Part shown: positions 1 through 9,913 of the stretch, piece by piece
Layout of the letters: each line of letters begins with the position of its first letter
Position numbering within the stretch: the first letter of the stretch is position 1
Source: Clostridia bacterium
Lineage (GTDB): Bacteria; Bacillota; Clostridia; Oscillospirales; Acutalibacteraceae
Assembly (NCBI GenBank): GCA_017461625.1
Contig: JAFTXJ010000018.1
Span: 34,781 to 98,780, forward strand
DNA: 64,000 nucleotides
Reading direction: 5' to 3'
The notes under the pieces: generated by a model
Database searches by the model: none
What the model saw: only the letters and a program-made list of their open reading frames with translations
Told to the model about the DNA's origin: nothing
Program-made: the position numbers and the translations under genes

Positions 1-757
<757 letters not shown>

Positions 758-796
758 AGAAACGTTCCTTTCGGGATAAGATTACATCAGCAAATC

Positions 797-1378
797 TTAT
801 CTGTTTTTGATTACCTTGTCAACAATGCCGTATTCCATAGCTTCCTGAGCTGAAAGGTAGTTATCTCTCTCAGTATCGAGAGCAATCTGCTCAATAGACT
901 TACCTGTGTTTTCAGCAAGGATTCTGTTGAGCTTTTCTCTTGTTTTGATAATGTGGTTGGCAACAATCTGAATTTCTGTTGCCTGACCCCTTGCACCGCC
1001 CAAGGGCTGATGAATCATAATTTCACTGTTGGGAAGAGCGAGTCTTTTGCCCTTTGCGCCTGATGAGAGCAAAAATGCACCCATTGAAGCTGCCATACCC
1101 ATGCAGATTGTTGAAACATCACACTTGATATACTGCATTGTGTCATAAATAGCCATACCTGCAGTTACCGAGCCACCGGGGCTGTTGATGTAAAGGCTGA
1201 TATCTTTCTCAGGGTCCTGACCCTCGAGGAAAAGCAACTGTGCAACAACAAGGCTGGCAGTTGTGTCGTTAACCTCATCAGAAAGAACTATAATTCTGTC
1301 ATTTAAAAGTCTTGAGAAGATGTCGTACTGTCTTTCTCCTCTGTTTGTCTGTTCTACAACGTAAGGTACTAATGCCAT
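797..1378 (-). CDS. clpP: ATP-dependent Clp protease proteolytic subunit ClpP
   Basis: 193 aa. Active-site contexts [11 protein letters not shown] (Ser) and IMIHQPLGG (His). Gene order tig-clpP-clpX. Confidence 0.97.
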   Translation of the reverse strand: MALVPYVVEQTNRGERQYDIFSRLLNDRIIVLSDEVNDTTASLVVAQLLFLEGQDPEKDISLYINSPGGSVTAGMAIYDTMQYIKCDVSTICMGMAASMGAFLLSSGAKGKRLALPNSEIMIHQPLGGARGQATEIQIVANHIIKTREKLNRILAENTGKSIEQIALDTERDNYLSAQEAMEYGIVDKVIKNR

Positions 1379-1489
1379 AATAAAATCCTCCTTATTCTTG
1401 CCGCAAAACTAAAATTTGTTTTAATTTAAACGAAATGAATGGCAAAATAGCCATTCACTCCATTTAATTATAGGTTGTAAATTGTAAAA

Positions 1490-2848
1490 TTATTCAGCAG
1501 CTTCTTCTTTTTTCTCTGCTGCTTTTTTAGTTGTCTTTTTTGCTGGTGTTTTCTTAGCAGGCTTTTCAGGAGCTTCTGCTACTGCGTTGTCAACAACAAG
1601 CTGAACTGCTTTGCCGTTTACGATGTCAGTTTTAATGTCTTCAACAGGAACAAAGCTCTTGATCTGCTCTGCTTCCATTTTATACATCTCAGCCATTTCA
1701 GCGTATTTAGCTTCAGCTTCTTCGTCTGTAGCCTCAATACCCTCAAGCTTAACAACTTTTTCTACTGCAAGCATAAGCTTAACCTGCTTCTCAGCACCGT
1801 CACGGAAAGATGCCTTGAGAGCGTCAAGATCCATACCTGTATATTTGAGATAGCCGTCAAGGTTAAGACCCTGCTGAGCAAGACGCTGAGCGAAGTTATT
1901 AATCTCTTCCTCAACTTTGTTATCATACATAACTTCAGGAATTTCACCCTGAACATTAGCTGCAAGCTGTTCAAGAAGAGCTGATTCAAAATCTCTGTCT
2001 GCCTGAGCTTTTTTAGCTTCAGTAAGTTCAGCTTTGATGCTCTTTTTAAGAGCTGCAAGTGTGTCAGCATCTTCGCTTACATCCTTTGCAAACTCATCAT
2101 CAAGCTCGGGGAGCTCTTTAACTTTGATTTCGTTAACCTTAACTTTGAATACAGCCTCTTTGCCTGCAAGCTCAGGTGTGTACTCTGCAGGGAATGTAAC
2201 GTTAACGTCAAATTCTTCACCTGCGTTGTGACCGATAATCTGATCTTCAAAGCCGGGGATAAACTGACCTGAACCGATTGTAAGTTCAAAGCCCTCACCT
2301 TTACCGCCGTCAAAAGCTACGCCGTCAACAAAGCCTTCAAAGTCGATAACTGCGATGTCATCCTTTTTAACTGCTCTGTCTTCAACAGTAACAAGTCTTG
2401 CATTTCTTTCCTGAAGCTCTTCGAGCTTTTTCTTAACGTCTGCTGCTGAAACAGTCGAGTCAGCCTTAACTGCTTTAAGACCCTTGTATTCGCCGATTTC
2501 AATTTCAGGTTTAACAGTAACCTTCATTGTCATCTCAACGCCTGTTTCGTCAATCTTGGTAACGTCAACATCATAAGGAGCTGCAACAGCCTCAATGCCT
2601 GATTCTTTAATTGCGTCGCCAACAACTTCGGGGTAAAGGATATCAAGAGCATCTTCATAAAATACACCCTTGCCGTAATAACGCTCAATAACCGAGAGAG
2701 GAGCCTTACCTTTACGGAAGCCGGGAACAGCGATTTTGCCTTTCTGCTTATTATAAGCTTTTACGATAGCGGCCTTGAACTCTTCGCCGCCGATTGAAAC
2801 CTCAAGAGTATAAATGTTGGTTTCTGTTTTGTTTGCTGATTTTAACAT
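1490..2848 (-). CDS. tig: Trigger factor (ribosome-associated PPIase chaperone)
   Basis: 452 aa with FKBP-type core VIDFEGFVDGVAFDGGKGEGF. Located upstream of clpPX. Has a Lys/Ala/Glu-rich C-terminal tail. Confidence 0.95.
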   Translation of the reverse strand: MLKSANKTETNIYTLEVSIGGEEFKAAIVKAYNKQKGKIAVPGFRKGKAPLSVIERYYGKGVFYEDALDILYPEVVGDAIKESGIEAVAAPYDVDVTKIDETGVEMTMKVTVKPEIEIGEYKGLKAVKADSTVSAADVKKKLEELQERNARLVTVEDRAVKKDDIAVIDFEGFVDGVAFDGGKGEGFELTIGSGQFIPGFEDQIIGHNAGEEFDVNVTFPAEYTPELAGKEAVFKVKVNEIKVKELPELDDEFAKDVSEDADTLAALKKSIKAELTEAKKAQADRDFESALLEQLAANVQGEIPEVMYDNKVEEEINNFAQRLAQQGLNLDGYLKYTGMDLDALKASFRDGAEKQVKLMLAVEKVVKLEGIEATDEEAEAKYAEMAEMYKMEAEQIKSFVPVEDIKTDIVNGKAVQLVVDNAVAEAPEKPAKKTPAKKTTKKAAEKKEEAAE

Positions 2849-2939
2849 CGTACTTCCTCCTGTACATTCTTTAACTCATGTATTATAACAGATGTTTTCA
2901 GTATTTTCCATAGTTTATTTAAAAAATTATCTCAAAAAG

Positions 2940-3632
2940 TCAAAATTTTACAATCAATTTGGGGCAAAAATTTAGGTAATCTCCCGAAACCAGGTGAAAT
3001 TTAATCGAGAACATCTCATCATTGAATGCAAAAGTGGTTGAATAGCCATGTAAATGACCATAATAACACTGTGAAACTCCGCCGTTTATAAGCTCATCAC
3101 AAATCTCCTGACAGACCTGTCCGCCTGCAATTGGCGGATAATGCAAAAATGCAATTTTTTCACCGCCTAATTTGTCAGCCTCCTGAATGGACATTCTGAG
3201 CCTGCCTGCTTCACGGGCAACGATTTTTTTATCCGCCTGCTTGTCACTGTCAAAAAACCAACCACGGCTGCCGCAAATGGCATAATCGCCCACCTTATAA
3301 GCATTATTATTAAGTATTTTTATGGTAGTAATTCCGTTTTCTTCAAAAAATTTGTCAGCCTTTTTCTTCGTTGACCACCAATAATCGTGGTTACCTTTTA
3401 ATATAATTTTTTCTCCGGGCAAATTATCAAGGAATTTGAAATCCTCCAATGCCTCTTCCATAGTCATCCCCCATGTTATGTCACCGGGGATTACAACGGT
3501 ATCATTGTCTTTAACAATAGCTCGCCAGTTTTTTTCAAGCTTTTGTTCAAAATTTTCCCATCCCGAAAAAATATCCATCGGCTTATCTGTACCGAAAGAA
3601 AGATGAGTATCACCTATTGCAAATAAAGACAT
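2940..3632 (-). CDS. Metallophosphoesterase family protein
   Basis: Motifs GDTH, GDITWG and GNHDYW. Start moved to MSLFAIGDTH (ATG 3632), which has GAGGTG 6 nt upstream. The ORF-track start at 3647 lacks an SD. Confidence 0.8.
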   Translation of the reverse strand: MSLFAIGDTHLSFGTDKPMDIFSGWENFEQKLEKNWRAIVKDNDTVVIPGDITWGMTMEEALEDFKFLDNLPGEKIILKGNHDYWWSTKKKADKFFEENGITTIKILNNNAYKVGDYAICGSRGWFFDSDKQADKKIVAREAGRLRMSIQEADKLGGEKIAFLHYPPIAGGQVCQEICDELINGGVSQCYYGHLHGYSTTFAFNDEMFSIKFHLVSGDYLNFCPKLIVKF

Positions 3633-3711
3633 TCTGACACCTCGCATATAACGAATTTTTTTGTTAAAAATAATTAAGGGTAAAGCCCAATAATAAACGG
3701 AGGTTAATATT

Positions 3712-3879
3712 ATGCGTCACGAAATCAAAGACATCAAATGTAATGTAAGTCATTGCATTTACAACGAAAACAACTGCAAATGCACTGCAGGTTCAATCGA
3801 AGTAGGCCCTTCAAGTGCCTGCAGCTGCTCAGAAACACTTTGTGCAACATTTGAGCCAAACACAAATATGACAAAATAA
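3712..3879 (+). CDS. Small Cys-rich protein, DUF1540-like (55 aa)
   Basis: Hand translation: MRHEIKDIKCNVSHCIYNENNCKCTAGSIEVGPSSACSCSETLCATFEPNTNMTK. GGAGG lies 7 nt upstream and a terminator follows. It is below the ORF-track length cutoff. Confidence 0.7.
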   Translation: MRHEIKDIKCNVSHCIYNENNCKCTAGSIEVGPSSACSCSETLCATFEPNTNMTK

Positions 3880-3894
3880 CCAACCATAAAGATT

Positions 3895-3928
3895 GCAGGA
3901 AACACGATAATGTGTTTCCTGCTTTTTA
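3895..3928 (+). terminator. Rho-independent terminator, probably bidirectional between the DUF1540 gene and thrC
   Basis: GCAGGAAACAC-gataat-GTGTTTCCTGC followed by TTTTTATT. Confidence 0.75.
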
Positions 3929-5425
3929 TTATTTAGAAAGCATTTCAAAAACAACAGCTTCCATATCTTCTTTTTTGCAGCACTGAGTAAATCTTGGTGT
4001 TTTACCTTTAAGATTTGCAAGCTGAGGGGGACATTCTGCCCCTGTTTCAACATGAAGACCAAGCACCATATCAAATTCATCCATACCTTCGGTCATACCG
4101 GGACGGACAGCATCAAGCACAGATGCACTAAATTTATATGGGTTTGCCGTTGAAGCAATAACTGTGGGGGTTTCATCTGCAGTAACATGAACATAGTCAT
4201 TATAAACTGCCACAGCAACTGCAGTATGAGTGTCACAAAGATATTTGTAATCATCAAAAACATTTGCTATTGTGGCTTTTGTGCCCTTATCATCACAGCA
4301 GCCTGCTTCAAACAAAGCTTTGATTTTATCAAACACTGCTTCATCAACTGAATACTTACCTTCCTGAGAAAGCTCGTTCATCCATTTTGAAACAGCTTCA
4401 TCATTCATGTCACTTAAAAGGAAGAGAAGTCTTTCAAGGTTTGATGAAATAAGAATATCCATTGAAGGAGAAATTGTTGTATAAAAATCTCTTTTTCTGT
4501 TGTAGTTGCCTGTTGAAAGGAATTCGGTAAGAACATCGTTTGCGTTTGATGCACAAACAAGCTTTTTAATGGGAACACCCATTTCCTTTGCATAGTATGC
4601 AGCAAGAATATTACCGAAGTTGCCTGTGGGAACAACAACATTGATTTCATCGCCTAATTTGATTTTGCCCTTTTCAAGCATATCACAATAAGCAGAAACA
4701 TAATAAACAATCTGAGGAACAAGACGGCCCCAGTTGATTGAGTTGGCAGATGAGAACATCATACCCATTGAATCAAGCTTTTCAGCAACTGCTTTGTCGG
4801 TAAAAATCTTTTTAACACCGCTTTGTGCATCGTCAAAGTTACCCTCAATGGCACAAACACCAACATTTGCACCCTCCTGAGTTGTCATCTGAAGCTTCTG
4901 CATAGGGCTTACACCGTCTTCGGGATAGAAAACAAGAATTCTTGTTTTGGGAACATCCTTAAAGCCTTCAAGAGCAGCTTTGCCTGTATCACCTGATGTT
5001 GCAACAAGAATAACAATTTCCTTATCGGGAGCTGACTTGGAAGAAGCAACTGTAAGAAGATAAGGAAGAAGCTGAAGTGCCATATCCTTAAATGCACAGG
5101 TCGGACCCTTCCAAAGCTCAAGAATTTCAGCTTTATCGTTAAGAGTATACAGTGGAGCAACCTTTTTGTCACTGAATCTTCCCTCAGCATATGCACCGTT
5201 TACGCAGTAATCAAGCTCTTCTTCGCTGAAATCGGTAAGATAAAGTGAAAGAATTTCTTTAGCTCTTTCTATGTAGCTGCAATTTACAAGACGCTGAATG
5301 TCATCAAGTGAAATTTTCGGAATTTCAACAGGAACAAACAATCCGCCCTCTTTTGATATACCGTGAGCAATGGCTTCGGCTGATTCAACCCTTATGCTTT
5401 TGTCACGGGTACTTGTGTATAACAT
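3929..5425 (-). CDS. thrC: Threonine synthase
   Basis: 498 aa. PLP-lysine context GPTCAFKDMALQ and ThrC-typical N-terminus MLYTSTRD. Confidence 0.93.
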   Translation of the reverse strand: MLYTSTRDKSIRVESAEAIAHGISKEGGLFVPVEIPKISLDDIQRLVNCSYIERAKEILSLYLTDFSEEELDYCVNGAYAEGRFSDKKVAPLYTLNDKAEILELWKGPTCAFKDMALQLLPYLLTVASSKSAPDKEIVILVATSGDTGKAALEGFKDVPKTRILVFYPEDGVSPMQKLQMTTQEGANVGVCAIEGNFDDAQSGVKKIFTDKAVAEKLDSMGMMFSSANSINWGRLVPQIVYYVSAYCDMLEKGKIKLGDEINVVVPTGNFGNILAAYYAKEMGVPIKKLVCASNANDVLTEFLSTGNYNRKRDFYTTISPSMDILISSNLERLLFLLSDMNDEAVSKWMNELSQEGKYSVDEAVFDKIKALFEAGCCDDKGTKATIANVFDDYKYLCDTHTAVAVAVYNDYVHVTADETPTVIASTANPYKFSASVLDAVRPGMTEGMDEFDMVLGLHVETGAECPPQLANLKGKTPRFTQCCKKEDMEAVVFEMLSK

Positions 5426-5473
5426 CGTACATTCTCCTTTATTAACTGTAGGATTAAATTCGCTATCCTAACG

Positions 5474-5502
5474 ATTATATCACACTTTGTCAATAGTGTA
5501 AA
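5474..5502 (-). promoter_or_regulatory. Putative sigma-A promoter of thrC
   Basis: On the minus strand: TTTACA, 17 nt, then TGaTATAAT (extended -10), about 45 nt upstream of the thrC ATG. Confidence 0.5.
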
Positions 5503-5524
5503 CGAATAAAATCAGTAAATTGCA

Positions 5525-5878
5525 CTAAAATGCATCTTTAATGTGATTTAAACTGAGTTTATTGAAATTTTTATCAAGAATAACCTCAACCACATCAAAT
5601 CTGACGTTGTTTTCGCCACCGAATTTATTCATGAAAAGACCTGCTGTAGCTCTGATTTTTTCTTGCTTTAAAGCATCAACAGCTTCTGACGGAGCAAACA
5701 TAGGGTCTTCGCCTCTTGTTTTAACCTCCACAAAGCAAACCGTATTATCTTTTTGAGCGATTATATCAATTTCGCCTACTCGTCTGCGGTAGTTGCCCGC
5801 GATAATCTTATAGCCGTTGTCACGCAGATATCTTGCCGCATAAAGCTCGCCCCATACACCTGATTTATTGATAACCAT
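5525..5878 (-). CDS. yraN: YraN family (UPF0102) endonuclease-like protein
   Basis: 117 aa with GEIDIIA...VCFVEVKTR. Conserved position downstream of rnhB. The start overlaps the rnhB stop by 1 nt. Confidence 0.85.
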   Translation of the reverse strand: MVINKSGVWGELYAARYLRDNGYKIIAGNYRRRVGEIDIIAQKDNTVCFVEVKTRGEDPMFAPSEAVDALKQEKIRATAGLFMNKFGGENNVRFDVVEVILDKNFNKLSLNHIKDAF

Positions 5879-6507
5879 TATTTTTCACCGGTAATTTTCT
5901 TTAAAAAACTTCTGCGATGAACAGGGCTTATGCCGTGTTTTTCAAGCATTTCATAATGAAGCTTCGTTCCGTATCCCTTATGCTTCGGGAATTGATATTC
6001 AGGATACTTTTCACTGATTTCAAGCATAAATCTGTCCCTTGTTACCTTTGCAAGCACAGAAGCCGCCGCAATGGAAGCCGAAAGAGCATCACCCTTTATA
6101 ACCGTCTGCGTTAGTATACCTAAATTCGGGTCACGGTTGCCGTCAACCAACACAAAATCAGGCTTAACGGAAAGACCGTCAACTGCCCTTTTCATCGCAA
6201 GGAATGTTGCTTGCAAAATGTTAATTTCATCAATCTCTTTTTCGTCTGCCATAGCTATTGAATAAGCAACAGCCTTTTCTTTAATTACATCATAAAGTGC
6301 TTCACGCTTTTTTTCGGTAAGCTTTTTTGAATCGTTAAGTCCGTCAATAATAAGTCCGTCAGGCAGTATAACTGCAGCAGCACAAACAGGTCCTGCAAGG
6401 GGTCCTCTGCCTGCCTCGTCAACTCCGCAAACAATGTTAAAGCCATTCGCCTTGGCTTCATTTTCAAATTTGTGCCAATCTATAATTTCATTAACGTCTT
6501 TTTTCAT
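5878..6507 (-). CDS. rnhB: Ribonuclease HII
   Basis: [13 protein letters not shown] motif. Start set at MKKDVNEII (ATG 6507, GAGGAAG upstream). The longer ORF-track start would overlap rbgA by about 100 nt. Confidence 0.92.
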   Translation of the reverse strand: MKKDVNEIIDWHKFENEAKANGFNIVCGVDEAGRGPLAGPVCAAAVILPDGLIIDGLNDSKKLTEKKREALYDVIKEKAVAYSIAMADEKEIDEINILQATFLAMKRAVDGLSVKPDFVLVDGNRDPNLGILTQTVIKGDALSASIAAASVLAKVTRDRFMLEISEKYPEYQFPKHKGYGTKLHYEMLEKHGISPVHRRSFLKKITGEK

Positions 6508-6511
6508 TTTG

Positions 6512-7390
6512 TCACTTCCTCGGTGGCAATTCCATTGTGATTTTGCCGAGCTTTCCGCCTCTGTATTCATCAAGGAGCATAACAGCAGCCCTTTCGGTAT
6601 CAATTTCACCGCCGCTTATTAGCATACCTCTTTTTCTTCCGATAGCTTCAAGAAGCTCAAAAGCTTCAATATTTTCAAAATCAATGTTTTTTAATTTGTA
6701 GCGTTCGGTTATTCTGTCGGCATAGTCTTCTTTAAGCACCTCAAGCAGACGCACAGCCATAGTTTCACTGTCAAGAATAGAATCTTTAACCGAACCGATA
6801 AAAGCCAGCCTGTCGCCAACCTGCGGGTCATCAAACTTTGGCCAAAGAACACCGGGAGTGTCAAGGAGCTCAACACCGTTACCGATATTGAACCACTGGT
6901 TATGCCTCGTTACACCCGGCTTATCGGCAACAGCGGCTCTGTTTTTGCCTGCCATTTTATTAATAAATGACGATTTACCTGTATTGGGAATACCGACCAC
7001 CATCACACGCAAACTTTTGCCTACCATGCCTTTTTCGGTATTTGCCTGAATTTTATCTTTGAGCACCTCTCTTACTAACGGACGGTAAGCATTCAGTCCC
7101 TTACCAGAACGGCAATCAACAGGAAGTGCACTAAAGCCTTCATTTTCAAAATACTTTATCCATTTTGATGTCGCTTTTTCGTCGGCAACATCGCACTTGT
7201 TAAGAAGAATAATTCTCGGCTTGCCTGCAGTTATCTGCTCAATTTCAGGGTTACGGCTTGAAAGAGGCATTCTTGCATCAAGAAGCTCTGTAACAGCATC
7301 AACCATCGAAAGGCTCTCTTTAATAAGTCGCCTTGTTTTTGCCATATGACCGGGGAACCACTGTACGGTCTGTTTTTGAAAATCACTCAT
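6512..7390 (-). CDS. rbgA: Ribosome biogenesis GTPase A (YlqF/RbgA)
   Basis: Circularly permuted GTPase with NKCDV (G4) ahead of GIPNTGKSS (G1) and DTPG (G3). ATG 7390 (MSDFQ) is preceded by AAGGTG. The ORF-track first codon is a GTG inside that SD. Confidence 0.92.
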   Translation of the reverse strand: MSDFQKQTVQWFPGHMAKTRRLIKESLSMVDAVTELLDARMPLSSRNPEIEQITAGKPRIILLNKCDVADEKATSKWIKYFENEGFSALPVDCRSGKGLNAYRPLVREVLKDKIQANTEKGMVGKSLRVMVVGIPNTGKSSFINKMAGKNRAAVADKPGVTRHNQWFNIGNGVELLDTPGVLWPKFDDPQVGDRLAFIGSVKDSILDSETMAVRLLEVLKEDYADRITERYKLKNIDFENIEAFELLEAIGRKRGMLISGGEIDTERAAVMLLDEYRGGKLGKITMELPPRK

Positions 7391-7438
7391 GTTTTTCACC
7401 TTAATTTAAATAAGAGGAGCCGAAAAGACTCCCCTGCT

Positions 7439-7990
7439 TTATTCAAAATATGCAAACTGATCAAACGGCAACACCCTGAAAAGAACCTTGCCGATGATAT
7501 ATCTTTCGTCAATCATACCAATAGCTGTTGAACGGCTGTCGGTAGAGTCGTTTCTGTTGTCGCCCATAGCAAAAATGCATCCCTCGGGAACAACCACCGG
7601 GAAGTTAACATCCTGCTTTGTGGTGGTACGCTCTGCGATATAATCCTCTTGCAAAAGCTCACCGTCAACAAAAACATCGCCTGTTTCAAAATCTATATCA
7701 ACCGTCTGCCCACCTGTTGCAATCACACGCTTAACAATCGGTTCGTTAAAAGCATTTGGTTGGGTGCTGATAATAATATCACCGTATTTATACTCTGTGT
7801 TTATTGCACGCACAAGCAACCAATCATTTTCATAAAGGGTGGGGTTCATTGAATCACCCACAACACCGACAAACCTGAAGAAAAAGGTAAACACTACCAT
7901 TATAACCACAAGTGCAGTGCATATAATTGAAACTAAATCATATGCAAACGGTTGTTTTATTTCCTTTTGATTCTGTTGTTCTTCGTTCAT
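7439..7990 (-). CDS. lepB: Signal peptidase I (copy 2)
   Basis: 183 aa with an N-terminal TM segment, the GDSMNPTL Ser box and GDNRNDSTDSR. Confidence 0.93.
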   Translation of the reverse strand: MNEEQQNQKEIKQPFAYDLVSIICTALVVIMVVFTFFFRFVGVVGDSMNPTLYENDWLLVRAINTEYKYGDIIISTQPNAFNEPIVKRVIATGGQTVDIDFETGDVFVDGELLQEDYIAERTTTKQDVNFPVVVPEGCIFAMGDNRNDSTDSRSTAIGMIDERYIIGKVLFRVLPFDQFAYFE

Positions 7991-8002
7991 TAAAAAGACC
8001 TC

Positions 8003-8626
8003 TTATTCTTCGCCGTAATACTCTTCATTAAAAAGCTTAATCTCATCAAAAGGTAAAATTCTTATAAAAGCTTTACCAAGAATATATCTCTCATCAATCG
8101 GACCGATTCTGGAAGAACGGCTGTCGAGAGAGTCGTTTCGGTTGTCCCCCATAGCAAAGACGCATCCCTCGGGAACATGATACGGAAAATCAACATCATA
8201 AGAAAGTGATGTTGGCTCAAATATGTAAGGCTCATCAAGAACCTTGCCGTTAACAGTAACCTCATGAGTGTTAAAATCAATATCAATTGTTTCACCACCA
8301 AGAGCAATAATTCTCTTAACCAAAGGCTCATTTCTGTCATTCGGCTGTGTGATTATAATTATATCCCCACGTTCATATTCACTCTCTGCTGAAACAAGCA
8401 ACCAATCACCGTCAGCAAGGGTTGGCACCATTGAACTACCCACAACGCTTACAGCTCTGAACATAAAAGTGAATATAACAAAAATTATAACAAGCGCTGA
8501 AAGAATTGACCCTGCCATATCATAAGCCTGATACCACTTTTTACGCTTGGACTCTGCCTGCTCAGGAGTTAATCCGCCCGGGTAATATTTGATTTTTGAA
8601 GTTTCTGTATGTCTGTAATTATACAA
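8003..8626 (-). CDS. lepB: Signal peptidase I (copy 1)
   Basis: GSSMVPTL and GDNRNDSLDSR boxes. The start is uncertain. The rplS terminator occupies 8652-8691, so the 8695 start is untenable. In-frame TTG 8626 has GGAGG 8 nt upstream, whereas ATG 8647 has no SD. Confidence 0.85.
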   Translation of the reverse strand: MYNYRHTETSKIKYYPGGLTPEQAESKRKKWYQAYDMAGSILSALVIIFVIFTFMFRAVSVVGSSMVPTLADGDWLLVSAESEYERGDIIIITQPNDRNEPLVKRIIALGGETIDIDFNTHEVTVNGKVLDEPYIFEPTSLSYDVDFPYHVPEGCVFAMGDNRNDSLDSRSSRIGPIDERYILGKAFIRILPFDEIKLFNEEYYGEE

Positions 8627-8651
8627 AGCGGTTACCTCCGTTATCATCGGT

Positions 8652-8691
8652 TTAATAAAAAACAAAGGGTATGCAGACACTCCGCATACCC
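8652..8691 (-). terminator. Rho-independent terminator after rplS
   Basis: On the minus strand: GGGTATGC-ggagtgtct-GCATACCC followed by TTTGTTTTTTATT. Confidence 0.8.
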
Positions 8692-8730
8692 TCAATGGTA
8701 CGACCTGAGCGTACCTTCAGCTCATTAAAA

Positions 8731-9078
8731 TCAGCCGAGCTTCTGCTTAACTTTAGCAGCTTTGCCGACTCTGTCACGCAGATAGTAGAGCTTGCTTCTG
8801 CGAACTTTACCTGTTCTGATGAGTTCAACGCTGTCTACGTTTGGTGAATGAACAGGGAATACTCTTTCAACACCTACACCGTATGAAACACGACGAACGG
8901 TAAATGTTTCGGAAACACCTGCACCTTTGCGAGCGATTACGATACCTTCAAAAGCCTGAAGTCTTTCTCTTTCGCCTTCACGAATTCTAACCTGAATTCT
9001 AACAGTGTTACCTACTTTGATTGCCTCAGATACGTCAGCCTTAAGGCTGTCCTGAGCGATGAGTTTAAGTGCGTCCAT
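8731..9078 (-). CDS. rplS: 50S ribosomal protein L19
   Basis: 115 aa with [31 protein letters not shown]. Confidence 0.98.
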   Translation of the reverse strand: MDALKLIAQDSLKADVSEAIKVGNTVRIQVRIREGERERLQAFEGIVIARKGAGVSETFTVRRVSYGVGVERVFPVHSPNVDSVELIRTGKVRRSKLYYLRDRVGKAAKVKQKLG

Positions 9079-9222
9079 AATAGACCTCCCGATAATTTCA
9101 GGCGTTCATGCCGTATACACAGCAGAGGACCGTCCGCTTTAATGTTGGGCATTAAATCCCCACTTGTAATCAAGCGGATACAAATGCTGAAATATCATAT
9201 CACAAGAAAGCGGAAAAATCAA
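9079..9222 (-). promoter_or_regulatory. rplS promoter (TTGATT-17-TGaTATGAT, 9194-9222) plus a structured 5' leader of about 115 nt (candidate L19-leader-type autoregulatory RNA)
   Basis: Near-consensus promoter read on the minus strand. The leader contains the enclosing stem TCCGCTT...AAGCGGA and an inner GGGGAT/ATGCCC region. Confidence 0.4.
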
Positions 9223-9238
9223 GCATTTTTTAATTTTT

Positions 9239-9913
9239 CTAACAAAAACTTTTTCCGCTTGCGGTCAGCAAGTCTTCACGCACAATATATTGTTGTTTTG
9301 AGGATATTTGTATATTCTTTTCAAGAGTTTCAATTAAAAGTGCAGGGTTAAGGTTGACAGAATTTCCCGCAGCAAGGTTAAGCGAAAGTAAAATTCGGTT
9401 ACCGTCAAGAGTAAGCTCTTTTTCAAAAATCTGCTCAATTAAGTTAACCTGCTTAAGCACTTTTCGGTGACCCTTTTTGCCCATCTTCTCAGCCATAAGC
9501 TCTTCGCCGTTCATAAGTGCATCTGCACTGTAATAAAAATTCTCCGCTTCATCGGCGTTCGCAAATTCAAGAGTAACGGCATATTTGGCACTTGCAATTT
9601 CATTGGCATTAAAAACAGGGTCTTTAACGCTTACAATCCCTACACCCTCAGGCATAACGGCTTTGAGTGCATCTTCAACCTGAGCGTTTGTCATATCACC
9701 CTCGATTCTGATATCCATATATTCACAGTCACTGCTCTGACCCAAAGAAAGAGGAAGTGCAAATGCGATATACGGATGAGGGTTAAATCCTTCGGTGTAC
9801 CACATAGGAAGCTTGGCCCTGCGAACAGCTCTTGTCATAAGGCGGTTAACATCAAGGTGAGAAATATAAATCATTCTGCCTGTTTTTGAAAATCTGATTC
9901 TAACACATCGCAT
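9239..9913 (-). CDS. TIGR03936-family radical SAM-associated protein (DUF2344)
   Basis: Start set at MRCVRIRFSKTGRMIYISHLD (ATG 9913), overlapping the stop of the upstream radical SAM gene. This is the conserved TIGR03960/TIGR03936 pairing. Confidence 0.85.
   Translation of the reverse strand: MRCVRIRFSKTGRMIYISHLDVNRLMTRAVRRAKLPMWYTEGFNPHPYIAFALPLSLGQSSDCEYMDIRIEGDMTNAQVEDALKAVMPEGVGIVSVKDPVFNANEIASAKYAVTLEFANADEAENFYYSADALMNGEELMAEKMGKKGHRKVLKQVNLIEQIFEKELTLDGNRILLSLNLAAGNSVNLNPALLIETLEKNIQISSKQQYIVREDLLTASGKSFC

Noticed and set aside
8627-8695. The long N-terminal extension of the first signal peptidase ORF. Similar extensions occur at rnhB 6508-6609, mutS2 16229-16264, phoH 19984-20064, rplJ 40636-40770, rplK 42048-42086 and nusG 42740-42772.
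   Set aside because: The extensions run through terminators, leaders or upstream genes and lack SD sequences. Internal starts with good SDs give canonical N-termini.
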